Shown: one piece after another, positions 55,107 through 64,000 of the stretch
Layout of the letters: each line of letters begins with the position of its first letter
How positions within the stretch are numbered: the first letter of the stretch is position 1
Source: Anaeramoeba ignava BMAN
Lineage: Eukaryota; Protista; Anaeramoebae
Length of the DNA: 64,000 bases
Direction: 5' to 3'
Assembly: GCA_028826165.1 (NCBI GenBank)
Contig: JAPDFW010000070.1
Location: 372,001-436,000, forward strand
Notes under the pieces: generated by a model
What the model was told of the DNA's origin: nothing
The model's database searches: none
What the model saw: only the letters and a program-made list of their open reading frames with translations
Position numbers and translations under genes: made by a program

Positions 55107-56885
55107 ATGCAAAAGAAAACCAAAAATGAAGTTTGGTTTTTTGGAGAAAATCATGATTTTATTCTTTTTCCAAATGAACCTGAATTGATAACAAAATCAA
55201 TTGAATTTGAAATTGAAAATGAATTTAAAAATGAATTTAAAAATGAAAAACAAATTAAACAAATTGTTTCAAATGGTTATTCAACAATTTTCTTTTTCAA
55301 AACGGAAAAGCAATCCAAAAAACAGATGAAAATTCAGGAAAAATTCAAATTGAAAATATTCAAAAAGTATCTATTGGTTCTCAAAATGAGGCCATTTTAA
55401 CTTTTGAAGGAAATGTATTTGCAAAAGGATACGATATTAATCCAAACTATCCAAATGAATTTATCAACATTTCATCATTAATCAAAGATCCAAATGATAG
55501 AATAATTGAAGATATTATTTGCGGAGAAAACTCAATTTATTTATTAACTTCAAATCAAAATGCTTATGGAATTGGTTCAAATGAATCTGGTCAGCTCGGC
55601 GTTGATTTACCTACAGAATCACAAAGACCAATTTTAATGATGAAAAATGTTTCTAAAATATTTTCAGGAAATTCTTCAAGTTCTGTTTTTATTTTGAACT
55701 CAAACCATGAATTATTTGGTTGTGGTTTTAATCGTTCAAATAAGATTGGTTTTCCCAGTGAAAGAAGAGAAATTAAAGAGTTAATCAAAATACAAAATAT
55801 TCCAAAAGGTGAAATAATTGATATTCAAACTGGAAATTTTCATTCAATAATGCTAATTGAAGATGAAGATGAAAATGAAAATGAAAATCAAAATCAAAAT
55901 CAAAAAAGAAAAACAAAAAGAAAAAGAAAACTTTATTCATGTGGTTATTATCAATATAACGGACTTAATAGAAAAGATGATATTATAAATCAATTTACTG
56001 AAATCAAATCATATTTATTTGAAAATGATAATATTCTTCAATTCTCTGTTGGATATGATCATACTTTGATTTTAACTTCCAAACAAAAATTTATAGGATT
56101 TGGAAACAATGAATTTTATCAATTAGGAACAAGAAATAACATCTCTAATTACTTGATTCCAATTCAAATTGAACTTCCTAAATTAAGATTTAATGAAGAT
56201 ATTTCTAATTATCATCTTATTTGTGGATATCATAATTCATTTCTTTATTATTCTCCTCCTCTTTTTACTAATCTTGAAAAAGATTTGATAAAATTATTCC
56301 GAAGAAAAGAATTTTGTAATATTTCATTCAAAACTAAAAATGGAAGAAATGATTGAAGCTCATAAATTAATATTGAAATATAGATTAAAAGATGAAATTG
56401 AAAATCAAATTGAAAAACTTAAAGAAATTATTTCAAAAAAATCAATTAAAGAATCAAATCAAATATTTGAAATGATTTATTCAAATAATTCCAAAATAAA
56501 TCCAAAATCATATTCAGAAATTAAAGAAATTATAAATTCTAATGAAAAAATTGAAGAAACAATGAAAAGAATTTATTTAAATGAAAATGAAAAAGATTTT
56601 ATAATTGAAAGAAAATCGAAACACATTAAATTCCCTAAATTAATATTAATAATGAGAAGTGAATTATATCGAGGAATGTTTTTATCTGTTAAAAATGATA
56701 AATCTAATCAAATTAAAGATGAAAGTGGATTAAGTGATGAAGCATTTGAAATATTAGAATATTGGATTTATTCAAATCAAATCAAAAAAGGAATTCAAAT
56801 TACACAAGAAATTATTAAAGAAATCAAAACAGGAATTGATTATTTTCAATTAAATCATTTCAAAAAAGAAAATTTAATTAAATGA
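55107..56885 (+). CDS. RCC1-repeat + BTB-like protein (two 1-nt frameshifts)
   Basis: GIGSNESGQLG, GNFHSIML, VGYDHTLIL..GFGNNEFYQLG; LFRRKEFCNI, AHKLILKYR, LIMRSELYRGMF; frame breaks near 55300 and 56345. Confidence 0.78.
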
Positions 56886-57053
56886 AGCTTTTTAAAAAAG
56901 AAATTTTAATCAAATTTTGCTTTTTTTTTTCTTTTCTAAAAATCGAATAAAAAGAAATTTAAAAAAAAAAAACAAAAGTTTCAATTTATCAAGCAAAAGT
57001 AAAAAAAAAAAAAGAAGAAAAAAGAGAAATAGGGAAAAAAAATGTGGAAGAAA

Positions 57054-58392
57054 TTATTTAAATTTATCTTGTAAAGCTTTAAGTAAATTGATAACTGAAG
57101 AATCATCTTTAATTAAATCTGAAAAAGTGTTGTTTTTTAAAGGAAGAGGAAGTAAAGATTTGAGTCTTTCTTTTCCGCTTTCATTTTCAGCAAAACGAAG
57201 ATAGCATCTTATTATATGTTTAAGTAATCTTATTGAAGGTTGATCTGCTAATGTGTCTACCATTTTGCCAAGTGCATCACAAATGGCTTCAACTGATTCT
57301 GGTGAATTTTCTTTTAATTCACAAATTGATTTCAATCCATTATTATCATCAAGAATTTTTTGAACAATGTATGTTGAAACCTTTTAAAATCAAAATGAAT
57401 ATTAATTTTAATTTTAAATTCAAAATGAATTTTAATTTTAATTTTAATTATAAATTCAAAATGAATTTTAATATTAATTTTAATTTTAATTTTAATATTA
57501 ATTTTAATTTTAAATTTAATTTTAATTTTAATTTTAATTTTAATTTTAATTTTAATTTTAATTTTAATTTTAATTTTAATTTCAAAATGAATTTTAATTT
57601 TAATTTTAATTTTAATTTTAATTTTAATTTTAATTTTAATTTTAATTATAATTTTAATTTTAAATTTAATTTTAAATTTAATTTTAATTTTAATTTTAAT
57701 TTTAATTTTAAATTCAAAATGAATTTTAATTTTAAATTTCGATTATAATATTAATTTCAATTTTAAATTTAATTTTAATTTTAAATTCGAAATGAATTTT
57801 AATTTTAATTATAATTTTAAAATGATTTTTAAATTAAAAATGAATTTTAAATTAAAATCTAAATACAATTTTTGAAAGTTCACTTCCAATACCCATTATC
57901 CTAATACAATGACTTATCATATGAGTTTGCAAAAGAAACTGAATAATCTCTGAATTATCATTTTTAACCAAAGCACCAATAACACCCAAACTAGCCAAAC
58001 GAAGATATTCAAAAGGTCTATTCGGACTAGTAGTAGTAAGAAAAGGGTATAAAAACAAAGGAATCTGAGCCTGATAAAGAAGAGGTTTAGTTTCAGGATG
58101 AGAAGCGATAGTTTGGAAAAGCGCAATTACTGAGCAGACCTTATTAGACATAGAAGCCGTTAGCGCTGGAGGATCTAAGAGCGGATATATCGACACGATT
58201 TCCTTCATTAATTTTGCTATAACTCCAACTGAATGCCAAAGAATTGGCGCAAGATCTGGTAGCTTGTCTCGTTTCTTACTAAGTTCGTTAAGTGCTTCTT
58301 CGGACTCGTTTTTTAAAAAATCTACTACAAGTAGTTGTACATCTCGTGATGTGAATTGTTGTTGTCCGTTATTTCCCTTGTTCTTGTGTCAT
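57054..58392 (-). CDS. CNOT9: CCR4-NOT subunit 9 (RCD1/RQCD1)
   Basis: [78 protein letters not shown]; one repeat-filled intron; 1-nt frameshift near 58375. Confidence 0.93.
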
Positions 58393-59008
58393 TTTTTTTT
58401 TTAAAAAATAAAAGGAAAAAAATGATTTTTGTTTTTTTGGAATTATTTATTTTTTTAATTTTAAATTTTATAAATTAATTTTTTTTCCGATTTTAAATTT
58501 AATTTTAATTTTAATTTTAATTTTAATTTTAATTTTAATTTTAATTTTGATTTTAATTTTAATTTTGATTTTGATTTTAATTTTAAATTCAATTTTGATT
58601 TTAAATTTAATTTCAATTTTAATTTTGATTTTGATTTTAATTTTAATTTTAATTTTAATTTTAATTTTAATTTTAATTTTTTCGATTTTAATTTTAAAAT
58701 TTTAATTTTTAATTTTAATTTTAATTTTAATTTTAATTTTAATTTTGATTTTAATTTTAATTTTGATTTTAAATTCAATTTTAATTTTAAAATCAATTTT
58801 AATTTTGAATTTTAATTTTAAATTCAATTTTGATTTTAATTTTAATTTTAATTTTAATTTTTAATTTTAATTTTAATTTTAATTTTGATTTTAATTTTAA
58901 TTTTGATTTTGATTTTAATTTTAATTTTGATTTTAATTTTAAATTGAATTTTTAATTTTGATTTTTAATTTTAAATTGAAAAAAAAAAAATAGAAAAAAA
59001 TAAAAAAT

Positions 59009-62000
59009 TCAATCAATATTAATCGCTCGAAGCCGTTGAAAAACTTCTTTAATAGAAGGCCTAGAATTTGGATCCTTTGCCCAACAATCCTTAATAATAT
59101 CATTAAAAATTCCATTTTCAGATAAAGGTGGCCTTTCATTCTGAATAGCAACCTTCATTGTAATTTGACCAAAAGGGACATTTTGAAAAGGAATTTTGCG
59201 GGTTTGGATCTCCCACAAAATAATAGCGAAAGAATATATGTCTACAGAACCCTTATACTTCTCTCCAAACATAACTTCAGGAGCCATCCAACTAAAAGTA
59301 CCAACCATTGTATTTAAATGAGTTCTTGCCGCATCAATTGTTTTTGAGAGCCCAAAATCAGTGATTTTGACAACACCATTGCGGTCGAGTAATATATTCG
59401 GAGACTTCAAATCACGATGGATAATTTTGTGTGAGTGGAGATAGTAGATGCCGCGGCATATGCCCAGGGCAAGTTCGATTTTTTTGCTGTCATCGATTTC
59501 CGCATTTGAATGAAGATAGTCATAAAGTGTACCTCCATCACAGAACTCAACAACCATAAGAAGGTTCGGTGGTTTCGTGCATGCGCCAAGAAACTGCACG
59601 ATATTAGGGTGGCTCAACTGGCTCAGAATACGCAGTTCCATTTGAAAATTGTCGTACTCATCGTTGGACAAATTTCCCGAGCACATCAACTTCATGATTG
59701 CCACATCTAATCCCAGCCATTGGCCCTTATAGACTTCTTTGAAGCTCCCTTTTGCTATCAAGTCTCCGAACTCGATCTCATCAAACCCGATCTCTTTACT
59801 GAGAAATCCCATGATGTCATTCATTTGCGAATTTTCTGAAAATGTCGAATTATTTCGAGAAAGTAAAAACGATCCATCTTTTTCAACATCAGAATCCTCG
59901 TTTTTCTTCTCCAAACTTGTCGACAATCGCTTCACTTCGTCTTCTTTTTGACGGGTTTTTTCCACTTGAATTTTTAATCGTGTTTTGTTCAATTCAAGTT
60001 CTTTTTTCAGTTCATTGATGATATTTTCTTGGTATTTGATTTTGCCTTCAAGAGTCTTGATTTTCTCACTCTGTTCAGTGTTCTCATTCACGCTTGTGTT
60101 TTCATTCACACTTGAATTTTTACCCGAAAACATTGATTCAAGTTGAATGATTTTTTGTTCAAGTTTTTCAAGTGATTTATGTTTATCTTCCTTTTCTTTT
60201 TCTTGTTGATTTCGAAGTAATTCTTCTTGTCGTTTTAATTGATCTTGAAGCTCCTCAAATTTCTTGCTTAATTTCTTGTCTTCTTTTTTGAAATTCTCCA
60301 ATATTTTTCTTTTCTTCATTCGCAAAATCAAATGCACTTTGATTCTATTCAATTATTTATATTTCATTTCCCTTTTAATTTCTGATTTACTTTCTTCGAT
60401 TATTTTTTTTTGTGTTATAAATCAAAATCATTTACTTGTTTCTATTGATATAATATAAAATCAATTTAATTTTAAATTTAATTTAAATTTTATTTTATTT
60501 TATACATTTCTGATTTGTGGATCAGCTCCAGATGATAATAATAATTCAACAACATCAGAAAATGTATTAAATTTACATGCATAATGTAAAGCTGTATTTC
60601 CCTTTGATTATTTTTTTTTTCATTTTATTTTTTCAATATTACAAATTAAATCTCTTGGAAATATCAAATAATTTTTACATTCTTATCATTTTTATCAAAT
60701 AATCAAAAATCACAAATAAATATTTCATTTTACAAATTAAATCCAAATTAATATTTACTCTCTAATTAATCCATTTTTTTTAAAAAAAAATAAATTGATT
60801 TAATTTTCAATTTCTTTAATTAAATTAAAATTTCTTACATCTTTTGCATTCACATCTAAACTCTTCTCTATTAAAAGTTTTACTATTGGTGCTTCAGCTT
60901 GATAAATTGCTGCAACATGTAAAGGTGTATCTTTCTTTTTTTTTTTGATTTAATTTTTAATAAAAATTCAAAACTAAAATTATTTACATACTAAATTTTA
61001 AAATAATTAATTAATTAATTACAAAAAAATAAAGACAAAAAAAAAACTGAATTGGATTCAAACAATCTATTTTTGTTTTACATAATAAAAATATACATTA
61101 AATAAAAACAAAATTTTTTTTATGGATTTTATAAATAGATTAATAAATAACATCAATTTTTTGAACATCTGAACCAGAATCAAGTAATAATTGAATTATT
61201 TTAATATCTGCATGATATCGACAAGAAATATGGAGTGGAGTATTTCCCTAAAAATAAAAATCATATAAAAATTCAATTAAATTAAAAATTCAAATTAAAA
61301 TTTCTTACATTCTAAAAGGAAAAAAAAATAAATCTCATAAAAAAACAATTTCAATCTAAAAAAAAATACTTTCTATAAAATAAAACAAAATAATATTATT
61401 GTGTTAAATTAAATATTTTTATATAAATAATAATGTTTTACATCCGTAATATCAACAAGTGCACCAGAATCCAAAAATATTTTTCCAATTTCAAAACTTG
61501 GTTTTTTTTTGCAAACAATATGTAAAGGTGCATCAGAAAACTTTTAATTTAATAAACAAAAAAAAAAGAAACTAAATATTAGACAAAAATCACTTTTTTT
61601 TTTCTTTTCCAAAAAATAGAACTTTACTTTCTTTTAATCAAAGAAGACAAAGTATTTAATATTAATATTAAAATTTGTGTTTTTTTTTTAAATTTTACAT
61701 TTTTTGCATTAAGATCAACACCATTTTGAATAAATTCTTGTAAAATATCTTTTGTAAGTTGATGACAAGCTAAATGAAAAGGAGTATTTCCCTTAAAATT
61801 TCCCAAATAAATTTAAATATAAATTAAAAAAAAAAAACTAAGAGAAAAAAAAAAGATTTACATCCTAGTTTATAATAAAAATAAGAACAATAAATAATAA
61901 TATTATTGTTTTTGTTTTACATCCTAAATAAATAAATAAATAAAAAATTTATAAATATAAATCCAAATAAAAATATATTTGATTTGTTTACATCCTGAAT

Positions 62001-64000
62001 ATTCACTTTTGCTCCAGAACTTAATAAGAATTTAACAACAGAAAATATAAATGGAGGTTGACAAGCATAATGTAATGGAGTTGAATTCTAAAACAAAAAA
62101 AAAGGATTATTAAGATTCTATTTCTATATTTAGATTTTTATACATTCTAACAACAAAAAAATTAATTTAAATATTAGAAAAAAAATATAATAAATAATTA
62201 ATTATTACTCTCTATTAAAATTTGTTTTTAATTTATGAAAGAAAAGAAAAAAAAGTAAATTATTTACATTCATTAAATTAGGATCTGCACCTGAATCAAT
62301 TAAAATTTTAATTATAGATTCTTCAGTTTTGTTAATACAAGCTAAATGAAGAGGTGTTGTGAGCTTTTTGAATGATTATAAATTAATTTCACCATTTTCA
62401 TTTTCTTTATTCTATAGTTTTTTTTATTTACATCCTTTATAATATTGTTTTTTTTTACAATTATTCAATTAATTTCAATAATCATCTTATTAATTTACTT
62501 TCTATTCAATTAATCAAAACGAATAATTTTTAAATGTAATTTTTAATTTATAAATAAAATTACATTTTGTGCATTAATTTCTGCTTTTAAACCAATTAAA
62601 CCTTCAATTAATTCTTTTGAAGGAACATAAAATAAATCAGAGCTTAAAGGTGTTCCTGTCTAAATATTTGTCGAAATTAATTAGAATGAATAACAAATAA
62701 AAATTACTTACATTTCTAAGTTTGGAGACATTAAAAAAACTGTCTGAAGTTTGAAATTTAGGAACATTTGTGCAAGCTAAATGAAATGGGGTATTTTGCT
62801 TTTGATTGCATTGTATTTTTTTTAATTTAAATCAATATACAAATCTAATTGGAAAATTTTTTTTTCTTTTTTAAAGATTACAGACTTTAAATTTAGTAAA
62901 TCAATAAATTTATATCTTTTTATTCTTTAAATTCCAAAAACAAAAAAAAAATACTTTCTAATAATATTCAGAAAAAATTTTTTATTATTATTAAAAAAGA
63001 TATCTAAAATTAATTTAATTCAAATATTAATTCAAATATTAAATCAATTATTAATTCAAATATTAATTCAATTATTAATTCAATTATTAATTCAATTATT
63101 AATTCAAATATTAATTCAATTATTAATTCAAATATTAATTCAAATATTAATTCAATTATTAATTCAAATATTAATTCAATTATTAATTCAATTATTAAAT
63201 CAATTATTAATTCAAATATTAATTCAATTATTAAATCAATTATTAATTCAAATATTAATTCAATTATTAATTCAATTATTAATTCAAATATTAATTCAAT
63301 TATTAATTCAAATATTAATTCAAATATTAATTCAAATATTAATTCAAATATTAATTCAATTCAATTATTAATTCAAATATTAATTCAATTACATCCTTTG
63401 AGTTAATATTTGCTCCAGAAATAACAAGTGTTTGAATCACTTCAATTGGTGATTTATATAAACAAGCAAAATGAAGAGGAGTTGAACCCTTATGAAAAGA
63501 ATAAGGAAAATCAAATATTTTAAATTATATTTTCATTTACTTCCCAAAAAAATTTAACATTTACTTTCTAAAAGAAAAGAAAGTTAAAAAGAAATGAAAA
63601 TTATTTAATTAAACAAAAACAATTTAAATACATCCTAAAAATTTATTAATAAAAGAAAAAAGCAAAAAATTTTTTTTATTATTATTATTTTTATTATTAT
63701 TTTTTTTTAGATTTAGTTTAAATTATTTACATTTTGGATATTTGGTTCAGCACCTGATTGTAAAAGAAAATTGATTATTTCAAGTCTAAAAGGTCTTTGG
63801 CATGCGTAATGAAGAGGTGAATGATTCTTGTGATGATATTTTTGAATAAATTATTAAATATATTATTTAATTATTTTCTTAATAATTTGAGATTAAAATG
63901 AATCGAACTAAATATAATAAAAAATTACTGTCTAAATGAATAAAATTATATAAGAATTGATTTTTGCTTTTCTCATTTTATTTACATTCTAAATTAATTT
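59009..64000 (-). CDS. Ankyrin-repeat / coiled-coil / TKL protein kinase; 5' end outside the window
   Basis: Eleven ankyrin exons (63826-63731, 63488-63393, 62798-62712, 62659-62564, 62363-62268, 62087-61992, 61791-61699, 61540-61442, 61247-61152, 60934-60839, 60601-60506). Terminal exon from 60344 (NQSAFDFA cap, 1-nt frameshift near 60305) leads into coiled coil and kinase (GSFKEVYKG, HRDLKSPNILL, DFG, GTFSWMAPE). Confidence 0.88.
60436..63988 (-). other. Array of 19 three-nucleotide microexons plus one 6-nt microexon
   Basis: AG|NNN|GT motifs on the minus strand at 63986-8, 63929-31, 63632-4, 63565-7, 62955-7, 62882-4, 62499-501, 62432-4, 62209-11, 62144-6, 61921-3, 61862-4, 61628-30, 61370-2, 61309-11, 61064-6, 60988-90, 60759-61, 60679-81; 6-nt exon at 60436-41. 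Confidence 0.85.
63010..63390. repeat. 12-bp intronic minisatellite (TATTAATTCAAA/T)
   Basis: Expands one intron of the ankyrin-kinase gene to 435 nt. Confidence 0.9.

Noticed and set aside
58360-58392. AAA-TAA at the CNOT9 frame break, resembling Euplotes-type +1 programmed frameshifting
   Set aside because: Other frame breaks (~22590, 27555, 28600, 33745, 33890, 55300, 56345, 60305) fall mostly in homopolymers or low-complexity runs, go in both directions and share no motif; assembly indels are more parsimonious.
60391-60393. Additional AG|AAA|GT candidate microexon
   Set aside because: It would add a third residue to an already complete N-K-Q-N hairpin and create 42/46-nt introns, shorter than any other in the array; probably chance, though a rare alternative exon is not excluded.
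63538-63546. GG|GAA|GT microexon-like motif
   Set aside because: No AG acceptor and only ~20 nt from the previous donor.

Overview
Very AT-rich, intron-containing eukaryotic (protist) genomic DNA with standard genetic code and short GT-AG introns. The RCC1-BTB and Kelch-BTB genes, NQ-rich proteins and Inr-like TCAT elements suggest an Anaeramoeba-like metamonad (inference). About 17 tightly packed genes: GH30 glucosylceramidase, TOP3A, PGAP3/Per1, MEMO1, BRSK/AMPK-related kinase, TauE/SafE transporter plus a partial tandem copy, RINT1/TIP20, a giant RNF213-like AAA+ protein, a Rab GTPase, an ACAP-type ArfGAP, DHX16/Prp2, LZTR1-like Kelch-BTB, M3A peptidase, a Pol-beta-type nucleotidyltransferase-like protein, RCC1-BTB, CNOT9/RCD1 and an ankyrin-repeat TKL kinase. 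Main finding: in the ankyrin-kinase gene (60345-64000, minus strand) each ankyrin repeat is its own phase-0 exon. The two variable beta-hairpin residues between repeats (the 'xx' of D/N-x-x-G-x-T-P-L-H) appear to be supplied by separate 3-nt single-codon microexons (AG|NNN|GT): 19 of them plus one 6-nt exon. The ORF track cannot show this. Many single-base homopolymer frameshifts in conserved genes suggest assembly indel errors.
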